Below the pieces are notes generated by a model. The model was given only the letters and a program-made list of their open reading frames with translations. It ran no database searches and was not told the origin of the DNA. From the NCBI GenBank assembly GCA_964016885.1, contig OZ024743.1, positions 129,208,001 through 129,272,000 on the forward strand: 64,000 nt of DNA, written 5' to 3'. This DNA comes from Eledone cirrhosa. Lineage: Eukaryota. Positions 1-13,700 of this stretch are shown here, in pieces. The first letter of the stretch is position 1. Each line of letters starts with the position of its first letter. The position numbers were made by a program, and so were the translations under genes.

Positions 1-69
1 CAAGCACCAAGCACCAAACGCCAACCACCCAGCACCAAGCACCAAGCACCAAACACCAAACACCAAACA

Positions 70-460
70 CCAAGCACCAAGCACCAAACACCAAGCCCCA
101 AGTACCAAGCACCAAACACCAAGCACCAAACACCAAGCACCAAGCACCAAGCACCAAACACAAAACACGAAGCACCAAGCACCAAACACCAAGCACCAAT
201 CACCAAGCACCAAACACCAAGCACCATGCACCAAACACCAAGCACCAAATACCAAACACCAAACACCTAGCACCAAGCACCAAACACCAAGCCCCAAGTA
301 CCAAGCACCAAACACCAAGCACCAAACACCAAGCACCAAGCACCTAGCACCAAACACCAAACACCAAGCACCAAGCACCAAACACCAAGCACCAATCACC
401 AAGCACCAAACACCAAGCACCATGCACCAAACACCAAGCACCAAATACCAAACACGAAAC
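70..460 (+). repeat. Local tandem duplication, period 196 bp (28 units)
   Basis: GCCCCAAGTACC at 95 and 291; CATG variant at 225 and 421. Confidence 0.8.
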
Positions 461-839
461 ACCAAGCACCAAGCATCAAACACCAAGCACCAAGCACCAA
501 ACACCAAGCACCAAACACCAAACACCAAGCACCAAGCACGAAGCACCAAACACCAAGCACCAGGCACCAAGCACCAAACACCAAGCACCAAGCACCAAAC
601 ACCAAGCACCAAGCACCAAGCACAAAACACCAAACACCAAGCACCAAACACCTAACACCAAGCACCAAGCACCAAGCACCAAACACCAAGCAGCAAACAC
701 CAAACACCAAGCACCAAACACCAAGCACCAAGCACCAAGCACCAAACACCAAGCAGCAAACACCAAACACCAAGCACCAAACACCAAGCAGCAAACACCA
801 AACACCAAGCACCAAACACCAAGCACCAAACACCAAGCA

Positions 840-3360
840 CCAAGCACCAAGCACCAAACACGAAGCACCAAGCTCCAAGCACCAAACACCAAGCTCCAAA
901 CACCAAACACCAAGAACAATACACCAAACACCAAGCACTAAACACCAAACACCAAACACCAAACACCAAGCAACAAGCACCAAACAACAAGCACCAGGCA
1001 CCAAACACCAAGCACCAAGCACCAAACGCCAAGCACCAAACACCAAGCACCAAGCACCAAGCACTAAACACCAAACGGCAAACACCAAACACCAAACAGA
1101 AAAAAGCAAACACCAAACAACAAGCACCAATCACCAAACAACAAGCACCAAGCATCAAACACCAAGCACCAAGCACCAAGCATCAAACACCAAACACCAA
1201 AGACCAAACAACAAACAGCAAAGACCAAACACGAAACAGCAAACACCATACAGCAAACACCAAACACCAAACAGCAAACAGCAAACACCAAACACCAAGC
1301 ACCAAACACCAAGTACCAAGCACCAAACACCAAGCACCAAGCACCAAACACCAAACCCCAAGCACCAAGCACCAAACACTAATCACCAAGCACCAAGCAC
1401 CAAGCACCAAATACCAAGCACCAAGCACCAAGCACCAAACACCAAACACCAAGCATGCAGCACCAAACACCAAGCACCAAGCACCAAGGACCAAACACCA
1501 AGCACCAAGCACCAAACACCAAACACCGAACACCAAGCACCAAGCACCAAGCACCAAACACCAAACACCAAACACCAAGCACCAGACACCAAGCACCAAA
1601 CACCAAACACCAAACACCAAACACCAAGCACCAAGCACCAATCACCAAACAACAAGCACCAAGCACCAAGCACCAAACACCAAGCACCAAAGACCAAAGA
1701 CCAAACAGGAAACACCAAACACCAAACACCAAACACCAAACAGCAAACACCAAACACCAAACAGCAAACACCATACAGCAAACACCAAACACCAAAAAGC
1801 AGACAGCAAACAGCAAACACCAAACACCAAACACCAAACACCAAACACCAAGCACCAAACACCAAGCACCAAGCACTGAACACCAAACCCCAAGCACCAA
1901 GCACCAAACACTAATCACCAAGCACCAAGCACCAAACACCAAGCACCAACCACCAAACACCAAGCACCAAGCACTAAACGCCAACCACCCAGCACCAAGC
2001 ACCAAGGACCAAACACCAAGCACCAAAAACCAAACACCAAGCACCAGGCACCAAGCACCAAGCACCAAACACCAAGCCCCAAGCACCAAGCACCAAGCAC
2101 CAAACACCAAGCACCAAACACCAAGCACCAATAACCAAACGCCAACCACCCAGCACCAAGCACCAAGCACCAAACACCAAACACCAAACACCAAGCACCA
2201 AGCACCAAGCACCAAACACCAAGCCCCAAGTACCAAGCACCAAACACCAAGCACCAAACACCAAGCAAAAAACACCAAACACCAAACACCAAGCACTAAG
2301 CACCAAACATCAAGCACCAGGCACCAAGCACCAAACACCAAACACCAAGTACCAAGCACCAAACACCAAGCACCAAGCACCAAACACCAAACAGCAAACA
2401 GCAAACAGCAAACAGCAAACACCAAACACCAAACAGCAAACACCATACAGCAAACACCAAACATCAAAAAGCAGACACCAAACAGCAAACAGCAAACACC
2501 AAACAGCAAACACCAAACAGCAAACACCAAACACCAAACACCAAACACCAAGCACCAAGCACCAAGCACCAAACACCAAACACCAAGCACCAAACACCAA
2601 GCACCAAGCCCCAAGCGACAAACACCAAGCACCATGCACCAAACACCAAGCACCAAGCACCAAACACCAAGCACCAAACACCAAAGACCAAGCACCAAGC
2701 ACCAAACACCAAGCACCAAGCACCAAGCACTAAGCACCAAACACGAAGCACCAAGCTCCAAGCACCAAACACCAAGCTCCAAACACCAAACACCAAGCAC
2801 CATGCACCAAGCACCAAACACCAAACACCAAGCACCAAGCACCAAACACCAAACACCAAGCACTAAACACTAAACACCAAACACCAAACACCAAGCACCA
2901 AGCACCAAACAACAAGTACCAGGCACCAAACACCAAACACCAAGCACCAAACGCCAAGCACCAAACACCAAGCACCAAGCACCAAGCACCAAACACCAAA
3001 TGGCAAACACCAAACACCAAACAGCAAACAGCAAACAGCAAACACCAAGCACCAATCACCAAACAACAAGCACCAGGCACCAAGCACTAAACACCAAACA
3101 CCAAGCACCAAGCACCAAACACCAAACACCAAGCACCAAACACCAAACACCAAGCACCAAAGACCAAACACCAAACAGCAAACACCAAACACGAAACAGC
3201 AAACACCATACAGCAAACACCAAACACCAAACACGAAACAGCAAAGAGCAAACACCACACACCAAGCACCAAACACCAAGTACCAAGCACCAAACACCAA
3301 GCACCAAGCACCAAACACCAAACCCCAAGCACCAAACACTAATCACCAAGCACCAAGCAC
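840..3360 (+). repeat. Dispersed duplicate of a module of about 0.55-0.6 kb (about 840-1390 and about 2725-3360)
   Basis: ACACGAAGCACCAAGCTCCAAGCACCAAACACCAAGCTCCAAA at about 858 and 2741, each followed by the same ordered variants (CGCCAAG, CATACAGC, CCCCAAG, CACTAAT). Confidence 0.75.
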
Positions 3361-4328
3361 CAAACACCAAACACCAAGCACCAAAGACCAAGCACCAAGC
3401 ACCAAACACCAAGCACCAAGCACCAAGCACCAAACACCAAGCACCAAGCACCAAACACCAACCACCCAGCACCAAGCACCAAGCACCAAACACCAAGCAC
3501 CAAGCACCAAATACCAAACACCAAACACCAAGCACCAAGCACCAAACACCAAGCACCAAGCACCAAACACCAAGCCCCAAGCACCAAGCACCTTACACCA
3601 AACACCAAGCACCAAACACCAAGCACCAAGCACCTAGCACCAAAAACCAAACCCAAGCACCAAACACCAAGCACCAAACACCAAACACCTAACACCAAGC
3701 ACCAAACACCAACCACCAAACACCAAGCACCAAGCACCAAGCACCAAGCACCAAGCACCAAACACCAAGCACCAAACACCAAGCACCAAACACCTAACAC
3801 CAAGCACCAAGCACCAAGTACCAAGCACCAAACTCCAAGCACCAAACACCAAACACCAAGCACCAAACACCAAACACCAAGCACCAAGCACCAAACACCT
3901 AACACCAAGCACCAAACACCAACCACCAAACACCAAGCACCAAGTACCAAGCACCAAGCACCAAACACCAAGCACCAAACACCAAGCACCAAGCACCAAA
4001 CACCAAGCACCAAGCACCAAGCACCAAGTACAAACACCAAGCACCAAGCACCAAACACCAAGCACCAAGCACCAAACACCAAACACCAAGCACCAAGCAC
4101 CAAACACCAAGCACCAAAGACCAAACACCAAACACCAAGCACCAAGCACCAAACACCAAGCACCAAAGACCAAACACCAAACAGCAAACACCAAACACCA
4201 TACAGCAAACACTAAACACCAAAAAGCAGACACCAAACAGCAAACACCAAACACCAAACACCAAACACCAAACAGCAAACACCAAACACCAAGCACCAAA
4301 CACCAAGGACCAAGCACCAAACACCTAA

Positions 4329-4342
4329 CACCAAGCCTGGTG
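4329..4342. other. Orientation switch junction 1 (tail-to-tail)
   Basis: CACCAAG (4329-4335) is followed directly by CCTGGTG (4336-4342, reverse complement of the variant CACCAGG); no filler bases. Confidence 0.93.
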
Positions 4343-4799
4343 CTTGGTGCTTGGTGCTTGTTGTTTGGTGGTTGGTGCTTGGTGATTAGTGTTTGGTGCT
4401 TAGTGCTTGGTGCTTGGTGCTTGGTGCTTTATGTTTGTTGCTTGGTGCTTGGTGCTTTGTGTTTGTTGCTTGGTGCTTGGTGATTGGTGCTTGGTGCTTG
4501 GTGTTTGGTATTTAGTGCTTGGTGCTTGGTGCTTGGTGTTTGGTGTTTGGTGATTGGTGCTTGGCGTTTGGTGTTTCTCGTTTGATGTTTGGCTTTTTCT
4601 GTTTGCTGTTTAGTGTTTGCTGTTTGGTGTTTGCTGTTTGGTGTTTGCTGGTTGGTGTTTGCCGTTTGGTGTTTTCTGTTTGCTATTTGGTGTTTGCTGT
4701 TTGGTATTTGGTGTTTGGTGTTTGGTCTTTGCTGTTTGGTGATTGGTGTTTGGTGTTTGGTGTTTGGTGCTTGCTGCTTGGTGATTGGTGTTTGGCGCT

Positions 4800-7700
4800 T
4801 GGTGCTTGGTGCTTGGTGCTTGGTGTTTGGTGTTTGGTACTTGGTGCTTGGTGTTTGCTGCTTGGTGCTTGGTGCTTTGTACTTGGTGCTTGGTGTTTGG
4901 TGTTTGGTGCTGGGTGCTTTGTGTTTGGTGCTTGGTGCTTGGTACTTGGTGCTGTTGCTTGGTGCTTTGAGTTTGGTGCTTGGTGCTTGGTGTTTGGTGT
5001 TTAGTGCTTGGTGCTTGGTGTTTGGTGTTTGGTGCTTGGTGCTTGGTGTTTGCTGTTTGGTGCTTGGTGTTTGGTGTTTGGTGCTTGGTGTTTAGTGTTT
5101 GGTGCTTGGTGTTTGGTGTTTGGTGCTTGGGGCTTGGTGCTTGGTGTTTGGTGATTGGTGCTTGGTGTTTGCTGTTTGGTGCTTGATGCTTGGTGTTTGG
5201 TGTTTGGTGCTTGGTGTTTGGTGCTGTGTGCTTGGTGTTTGGTGTTTGCTGTTTGCTGTTTGCTGTTTGGTGTTTGCTATTTGGTGTTTGGTGTTTGGTG
5301 TTTGGTGTTTGGTGCTTGGTGCTTGGTGTTTGGTGTTTGCTGTTTGGTGTTTGCTGTTTGGTGTTTGCTGTGTGGTGTTTGGTGTTTGGTGTTTGGTGCT
5401 TGGTGCTTGGTTTTTTTCTCTTTGGTGCTTGGTGCTTGGTGTTTGGTGCTTGATCCTTGGTGTTTTTGGTGTTTGGTGCTTGGTGCTTGGTGCTTGGTGA
5501 TTGTTGCTTGGTGTTTGGTGCCTGGTGTTTAGTGTTTGGTTATTGGTGCTTGGTGTTTGATGTGTGGTGCTTGGTGCTTGGTGTTTGATATTTGGTGCTT
5601 GGTGCTTGGTGCTTGGTGTTTGGTGATTTGTTCTTGGTGCTTGGTGTTTGGTGCCTGGTGCTAGGTGTTTGGTGCTTGGTGTTTGGTGCCTGGTGCTAGG
5701 TGTTTGGTGTTTGGTGCTTGGGGCTTGGTGTTTGGTGCTTGGTGCTTGGTGTTTGGTGTTTGGTGTTTGGTGCTTGGTACTTGGTGTTTTGTGTTTGGTG
5801 TTTGGTGCTTGGTGCTTGGTGCTTGGTGTTTGGTGCTTGGTGCTTGGTGCTTGGTGCTTGGTGCTTGGAGTTTGGTGTTTAGTGCTTGGTGCTTGGTATT
5901 TGGTGTTTGCTGCTTGGTGCTTGGTGTTTGGTGTTTGGTGCTTGGTGCTTGGTGTTTGGTGATTGGTGCTTGGTGCTTGGTGTTTGGTCTTTGGCCCTTG
6001 ATGCTTGGTGTTTGGTGCTTGGTGCTTGGTTGTTGGTGTTTGGTGTTTGGTGTTTGGTGCTTGGTGTTTGGTGTTTGGTGTTTGCTGTTTGGTGTTTGGT
6101 GTTTGCTGTTTGGTGTTTGCTGTGTGGTGTTTGGTGTTTGGTGCTTGGTGCTTGGTGTTTGGTGTTTGGTGCTTGGTGCTTGGTGTTTGTTGCTTGGTGC
6201 TTGGTGCTTGGTGATTGGTGCTTGGTGCTTGGTGCCTGGTGCTTTGTGTTTGGTGTTGGTGCTTGCTGTTTGATATGTGGTGCTTGGTGCTTGGTGTTTG
6301 GTATTTGATGCTTGGTGCTTGGTGATTGGCGTTTGGTGCTTGGTGTTTGGTGTTTCGTGTTTGGTGCTTGGTTCTAGGTGTTTGGTGCTTGGTGCTTGGT
6401 GTTTGGTGCTTGGTGCTTGGTGTTTGCTGTTTGGTGTTTGCTGTTTGGTGTTTGCTGTTTGGCGTTTGGTGTTTGCTGTTTGGTGTTTGTTGTTTGCGGT
6501 TTGGTGCTTGCTATTTGGTGTTTGGTGTTTGCTGTTTGGTGTTTGCTGTTCGGTGTTTGCTGTTTGGTGTTTGGTGTTTGGGCTTTGGTTCTTGGTGCTT
6601 GGTGTTTGATCTTTGGTGCTTGGTGTTTGGTGTTTGGTGCTTGGTGCTTGGTGTTTGGTGTTTGGTGCTTGGTGCTTGGTGCTTGGTGCTTGGTGCTTTG
6701 TGTTTGTTGCTTGGTGCTAGCAGTTTGGTGTTTGGCGCTTGGTGCTTGGTGTTTGGTGCTTGGTGCTTGGTGTTTGGTGTTTGGTGCTTGGTGTTTGGTA
6801 CTTGATGCTTGGTGCTTGGTCTTTGGTGCTTGGTGTTTGGTGCTTGGTGCTTGGTGTTTGGTACTTGGTGCTTGGTGCTTGGTGTTTGGTGCTTCGTGCT
6901 TGGTGCTTGGTGTTTGGTGCTTGGTGCTTGGTCCTTGCTGCTCGGTGTTTGGTGCTTTGTGCTTGGTGCTTGGTGTTTGGTGTTTGGTGCTTGGTGATTG
7001 GTGTTTGGTGCTTGGTGCTTGGTGCTTGGTGCTTGGTGTTTGGTGTTTGGTGTTTGCTATTTGGTGTTTGGTGTTTGGTGCTTGGTGTTTGGTGCTTGGT
7101 GCTTGGTGTTTGGTGTTTGCTGTTTGGTGTTTGCTGTTTGGTGTTTGCTGTGTGGTGTTTGGTGTTTGGTGTTTGGTGCTTGGTGCTTGGTTTTTTTCTC
7201 TTTGGTGCTTGGTGCTTGGTGTTTGGTGCTTGATCCTTGGTGTTTTTGGTGTTTGGTGCTTGGTGCTTGGTGCTTGGTGATTGTTGCTTGGTGTTTGGTG
7301 CCTGGTGTTTAGTGTTTGGTTATTGGTGCTTGGTGTTTGATGTGTGGTGCTTGGTGCTTGGTGTTTGATATTTGGTGCTTGGTGCCTGGTGCTTGGTGTT
7401 TGGTGATTTGTTCTTGGTGCTTGGTGTTTGGTGCTTGGTGCTAGGTGTTTGGTGTTTGGTGCTTGGGGCTTGGTGTTTGGTGCTTGGTGCTTGGTGTTTG
7501 GTGTTTGGTGTTTGGTGCTTGGTACTTGGTGTTTTGTGTTTGGTGTTTGGTGCTTGGTGCTTGGTGCTTGGTGTTTGGTGCTTGGTGCTTGGTGCTTGGT
7601 GCTTGGTGCTTGGAGTTTGGTGTTTAGTGCTTGGTGCTTGGTATTTGGTGTTTGCTGCTTGGTGCTTGGTTTTTGGTGTTTGGTGCTTGGTGCTTGGTGC

Positions 7701-10700
7701 TTGGTGTTTGGTCTTTGGCCCTAGATGCTTGGTGTTTGGTGCTTGGTGCTTGGTTCTTGGTGTTTGGTGTTTGGTGCTTGGTGTTTGGTGTTTGGTGTTT
7801 GGTGTTTGGTGTTTGGTGTTTGCTGTTTGGTGTTTGCTGTGTGGTGTTTGGTGTTTGGTGCTTGGTGCTTGGTGTTTGGTGTTTGGTGCTTGGTGCTTGG
7901 TGTTTGTTGCTTGGTGCTTGGTGCTTGGTGATTGGTGCTTGGTGCTTGGTGCCTGGTGCTTTGTGTTTGGTGTTGGTGCTTGGTGTTTGATATGTGGTGC
8001 TTGGTGCTTGGTGTTTGGTATTTGATGCTTGGTGTTTGGTGATTGGCGTTTGGTGCTTGGTGTTTGGTGTTTGCTGTTTGGTGTTTGCTGTTTGGTGTTT
8101 GCTGTTTGGTGTTTGCTGTTTGGTGTTTGCTGTTTGGTGTTTGGTGTTTGCTGTTTGGTGTTTGCTATTTGGTGTTTGGTGTTTGCAGTTTGGTGTTTGC
8201 TGTTTGGTGTTTGTTGTGTGGTGTTTGGTGTTTGGTGCTTGGTGCTAGGTGTTTGGTGTTTGATGCTTGGTGCTTGGTGTTTGGTGCTTGGTGCTTGGTG
8301 CTTGGTGCTTGGTGCTTGGTGTTTGGTGCTTGGTGCTTGGTGTTTGGTGTTTGGTGCTTGGTGCTTGGTGCTTGGTGCTTGGTGTTTGGTGCTTGGTGCT
8401 TGGTGCTTTGTGTTTGGAGCTTGGTGCTTGGTGTTTGGTGGTTGGTGCTTGGTGCTTCGTGTTTGGTACTTGGTGCTTGGTGCTTGGTGCTTTGTGTTTG
8501 GTGCTTGGTGCTTGGTGTTTGGTGTTTAGTGCTTGGTGCTTGGTGTTTGGTGTTTGGTGCTTGGTGGTTGGTGTTTGCTGTTTGGTGCTTGATGCTTGGT
8601 GTTTGGTGCTTGGTGCTTGGTGTTTGGTGCTTGGTGCTTGGTGCTTGGTGTTTGGTCCTTGGTGCTTGGTGTTTGGTGTATGGCGCTTGGTGCTTGGTGT
8701 TTGGTGCTTGGTGCTTGGTGTTTGGTGATTGGTGCTTGGTGTTTGGTGCTTGGTGCTTGGTGCTTGGTCTTTGGTGCTTGGTGCTAGGTCCTTGGTGCTT
8801 GGTGTTTGGTGTCTGGTGTTTGGTGCTTGGTGCTTGCTTCTTGGTGCTTGGTGCTTGGTGCTTGGTGCTTTGTGTTTGGTGTTTGCTGTTTGGTGCTTGA
8901 TGCTTGGTGTTTGGTGCTTGGTGTTTGGTGTTTGGTGTTTGGTGCTTGGTACTTGGTGTTTTGTGTTTGGTGTTTGGTGCTTGGTGCTTGGTGCTTGGTG
9001 TTTGGTGCTTGGTGCTTGGTGCTTGGTGCTTGGAGTTTGGTGTTTAGTGCTTGGTGCTTGGTATTTGGTGTTTGGTGCTTGGTGCTTGGTGTTTGGTGTT
9101 TGGTGCTTGGTGTTTGGTGTTTGGTGCTTGGGGCTTGGTGCTTGGTGTTTGGTGCTTGGTGCTTGGTGTTTGCTGTTTGGTGCTTGATGCTTGGTGTTTG
9201 GTATTTGGTGCTTGGTGTTTGGTGCTTGGTGCTTGGTGTTTGGTGTTTGCTGTTTGCTGTTTGCTGTTTGGTGTTTGCTATTTGGTGTTTGGTGTTTGCT
9301 GTTTGGTGTTTGCTGTTTGGTGTATGCTGTGTGGTGTTTGGTGTTTGGTGTTTGGTGCTTGGTGCTTGGTGCTTGGTGTTTGGTGTTTGGTACTTGGTGC
9401 TTGCTGTTTGCTGCTTGGTGCTTGGTGCTTTGTACTTGGTGCTTGGTGTTTGGTGTTTGGTGCTGGGTGCTTTGTGTTTGGTGCTTGGTGCTTGGTACTT
9501 GGTGCTGTTGCTTGGTGCTTTGAGTTTGGTGCTTGGTGCTTGGTGTTTGGTGTTTAGTGCTTGGTGCTTGGTGTTTGGTGTTTGGTGCTTGGTGCTTGGT
9601 GTTTGCTGTTTGGTGCTTGGTGTTTGGTGTTTGGTGCTTGGTGTTTGGTGTTTGGTGCTTGGTGTTTGGTGTTTGGTGCTTGGGGCTTGGTGCTTGGTGT
9701 TTGGTGATTGGTGCTTGGTGTTTGCTGTTTGGTGCTTTATGCTTGGTGTTTGGTGTTTGGTGCTTGGTGTTTGGTGCTGTGTGCTTGGTGTTTGGTGTTT
9801 GCTGTTTGCTGTTTGCTGTTTGGTGTTTGCTATTTGGTGTTTGGTGTTTGGTGCTTGGTGTTTGGTGCTTGGTGCTTGGTGTTTGGTGTTTGCTGTTTGG
9901 TGTTTGCTGTTTGGTGTTTGCTGTGTGGTGTTTGGTGTTTGGTGTTTGGTGCTTGGTGCTTGGTTTTTTTCTCTTTGGTGCTTGGTGCTTGGTGTTTGGT
10001 GCTTGATCCTTGGTGTTTTTGGTGTTTGGTGCTTGGTGCTTGGTGCTTGGTGATTGTTGCTTGGTGTTTGGTGCCTGGTGTTTAGTGTTTGGTTATTGGT
10101 GCTTGGTGTTTGATGTGTGGTGCTTGGTGCTTGGTGTTTGATATTTGGTGCTTGGTGCTTGGTGCTTGGTGTTTGGTGATTTGTTCTTGGTGCTTGGTGT
10201 TTGGTGCCTGGTGCTAGGTGTTTGGTGTTTGGTGCTTGGGGCTTGGTGTTTGGTGCTTGGTGCTTGGTGTTTGGTGTTTGGTGTTTGGTGCTTGGTACTT
10301 GGTGTTTTGTGTTTGGTGTTTGGTGCTTGGTGCTTGGTGCTTGGTGTTTGGTGCTTGGTGCTTGGTGCTTGGTGCTTGGTGCTTGGAGTTTGGTGTTTAG
10401 TGCTTGGTGCTTGGTATTTGGTGTTTGCTGCTTGGTGCTTGGTGTTTGGTGTTTGGTGCTTGGTGCTTGGTGTTTGGTGATTGGTGCTTGGTGCTTGGTG
10501 TTTGGTCTTTGGCCCTTGATGCTTGGTGTTTGGTGCTTGGTGCTTGGTTGTTGGTGTTTGGTGTTTGGTGTTTGGTGCTTGGTGTTTGGTGTTTGGTGTT
10601 TGCTGTTTGGTGTTTGGTGTTTGCTGTTTGGTGTTTGCTGTGTGGTGTTTGGTGTTTGGTGCTTGGTGCTTGGTGTTTGGTGTTTGGTGCTTGGTGCTTG

Positions 10701-13700
10701 GTGTTTGTTGCTTGGTGCTTGGTGCTTGGTGATTGGTGCTTGGTGCTTGGTGCCTGGTGCTTTGTGTTTGGTGTTGGTGCTTGGTGTTTGATATGTGGTG
10801 CTTGGTGCTTGGTGTTTGGTATTTGATGCTTGGTGCTTGGTGATTGGCGTTTGGTGCTTGGTGTTTGGTGTTTCGTGTTTGGTGCTTGGTTCTAGGTGTT
10901 TGGTGCTTGGTGCTTGGTGTTTGGTGCTTGGTGCTTGGTGTTTGCTGTTTGGTGTTTGCTGTTTGGTGTTTGCTGTTTGGCGTTTGGTGTTTGCTGTTTG
11001 GTGTTTGTTGTTTGCGGTTTGGTGCTTGCTATTTGGTGTTTGGTGTTTGCTGTTTGGTGTTTGCTGTTCGGTGTTTGCTGTTTGGTGTTTGGTGTTTGGG
11101 CTTTGGTTCTTGGTGCTTGGTGTTTGATCTTTGGTGCTTGGTGTTTGGTGTTTGGTGCTTGGTGCTTGGTGTTTGGTGTTTGGTGCTTGGTGCTTGGTGC
11201 TTGGTGCTTGGTGCTTTGTGTTTGTTGCTTGGTGCTAGCAGTTTGGTGTTTGGCGCTTGGTGCTTGGTGTTTGGTGCTTGGTGCTTGGTGTTTGGTGTTT
11301 GGTGCTTGGTGTTTGGTACTTGATGCTTGGTGCTTGGTCTTTGGTGCTTGGTGTTTGGTGCTTGGTGCTTGGTGTTTGGTACTTGGTGCTTGGTGCTTGG
11401 TGTTTGGTGCTTCGTGCTTGGTGCTTGGTGTTTGGTGCTTGGTGCTTGGTCCTTGCTGCTTGGTGTTTGGTGCTTTGTGCTTGGTGCTTGGTGTTTGGTG
11501 TTTGGTGCTTGGTGATTGGTGTTTGGTGCTTGGTGCTTGGTGCTTGGTGCTTGGTGTTTGGTGTTTGGTGTTTGCTATTTGGTGTTTGGTGTTTGGTGCT
11601 TGGTGTTTGGTGCTTGGTGCTTGGTGTTTGGTGTTTGCTGTTTGGTGTTTGCTGTTTGGTGTTTGCTGTGTGGTGTTTGGTGTTTGGTGTTTGGTGCTTG
11701 GTGCTTGGTTTTTTTCTCTTTGGTGCTTGGTGCTTGGTGTTTGGTGCTTGATCCTTGGTGTTTTTGGTGTTTGGTGCTTGGTGCTTGGTGCTTGGTGATT
11801 GTTGCTTGGTGTTTGGTGCCTGGTGTTTAGTGTTTGGTTATTGGTGCTTGGTGTTTGATGTGTGGTGCTTGGTGCTTGGTGTTTGATATTTGGTGCTTGG
11901 TGCTTGGTGCTTGGTGTTTGGTGATTTGTTCTTGGTGCTTGGTGTTTGGTGCTTGGTGCTAGGTGTTTGGTGTTTGGTGCTTGGGGCTTGGTGTTTGGTG
12001 CTTGGTGCTTGGTGTTTGGTGTTTGGTGTTTGGTGCTTGGTACTTGGTGTTTTGTGTTTGGTGTTTGGTGCTTGGTGCTTGGTGCTTGGTGTTTGGTGCT
12101 TGGTGCTTGGTGCTTGGTGCTTGGTGCTTGGAGTTTGGTGTTTAGTGCTTGGTGCTTGGTATTTGGTGTTTGCTGCTTGGTGCTTGGTTTTTGGTGTTTG
12201 GTGCTTGGTGCTTGCTGCTTGGTGTTTGGTCTTTGGCCCTAGATGCTTGGTGTTTGGTGCTTGGTGCTTGGTTCTTGGTGTTTGGTGTTTGGTGCTTGGT
12301 GTTTGGTGTTTGGTGTTTGGTGTTTGGTGTTTGGTGTTTGCTGTTTGGTGTTTGCTGTGTGGTGTTTGGTGTTTGGTGCTTGGTGCTTGGTGTTTGGTGT
12401 TTGGTGCTTGGTGCTTGGAGGTTTGTTGCTTGGTGCTTGGTGCTTGGTGATTGGTGCTTGGTGCTTGGTGCCTGGTGCTTTGTGTTTGGTGTTGGTGCTT
12501 GGTGTTTGATATGTGGTGCTTGGTGCTTGGTGTTTGGTATTTGATGCTTGGTGTTTGGTGATTGGCGTTTGGTGCTTGGTGTTTGGTGTTTGCTGTTTGG
12601 TGTTTGCTGTTTGGTGTTTGCTGTTTGGTGTTTGCTGTTTGGTGTTTGGTGTTTGCTGTTTGGTGTTTGCTATTTGGTGTTTGGTGTTTGCAGTTTGGTG
12701 TTTGCTGTTTGGTGTTTGTTGTGTGGTGTTTGGTGTTTGGTGCTTGGTGCTAGGTGTTTGGTGTTTGATGCTTGGTGCTTGGTGTTTGGTGCTTGGTGCT
12801 TGGTGCTTGGTGCTTGGTGCTTGGTGTTTGGTGCTTGGTGCTTGGTGTTTGGTGTTTGGTGCTTGGTGCTTGGTGCTTGGTGCTTGGTGTTTGGTGCTTG
12901 GTGCTTGGTGCTTGGTGCTTGGTGCTTTGTGTTTGGAGCTTGGTGCTTGGTGTTTGGTGGTTGGTGCTTGGTGCTTCGTGTTTGGTACTTGGTGCTTGGT
13001 GCTTGGTGCTTTGTGTTTGGTGCTTGGTGCTTGGTGTTTGGTGTTTAGTGCTTGGTGCTTGGTGTTTGGTGTTTGGTGCTTGGTGGTTGGTGTTTGCTGT
13101 TTGGTGCTTGATGCTTGGTGTTTGGTGCTTGGTGCTTGGTGTTTGGTGCTTGGTGCTTGGTGCTTGGTGTTTGGTCCTTGGTGCTTGGTGTTTGGTGTAT
13201 GGCGCTTGGTGCTTGGTGTTTGGTGCTTGGTGCTTGGTGTTTGGTGATTGGTGCTTGGTGTTTGGTGCTTGGTGCTTGGTGCTTGGTCTTTGGTGCTTGG
13301 TGCTAGGTCCTTGGTGCTTGGTGTTTGGTGTGTGGTGTTTGGTGCTTGGTGCTTGCTTCTTGGTGCTTGGTGCTTGGTGCTTGGTGCTTTGTGTTTGGTG
13401 TTTGCTGTTTGGTGCTTGATGCTTGGTGTTTGGTGCTTGGTGTTTGGTGTTTGGTGTTTGGTGCTTGGTACTTGGTGTTTTGTGTTTGGTGTTTGGTGCT
13501 TGGTGCTTGGTGCTTGGTGTTTGGTGCTTGGTGCTTGGTGCTTGGTGCTTGGAGTTTGGTGTTTAGTGCTTGGTGCTTGGTATTTGGTGTTTGGTGCTTG
13601 GTGCTTGGTGTTTGGTGTTTGGTGCTTGGTGTTTGGTGTTTGGTGCTTGGGGCTTGGTGCTTGGTGTTTGGTGCTTGGTGCTTGGTGTTTGCTGTTTGGT

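Larger units (their letters stand above)
1..4335 (+). repeat. Heptamer satellite (CACCAAR)n, forward domain 1, runs off the left edge of the window
   Basis: Continuous CACCAAG/CACCAAA units with single-substitution variants (CAGCAAA, CACCAAT, TACCAAG, CATCAAA, CACCTAA); + strand almost free of T. Confidence 0.98.
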
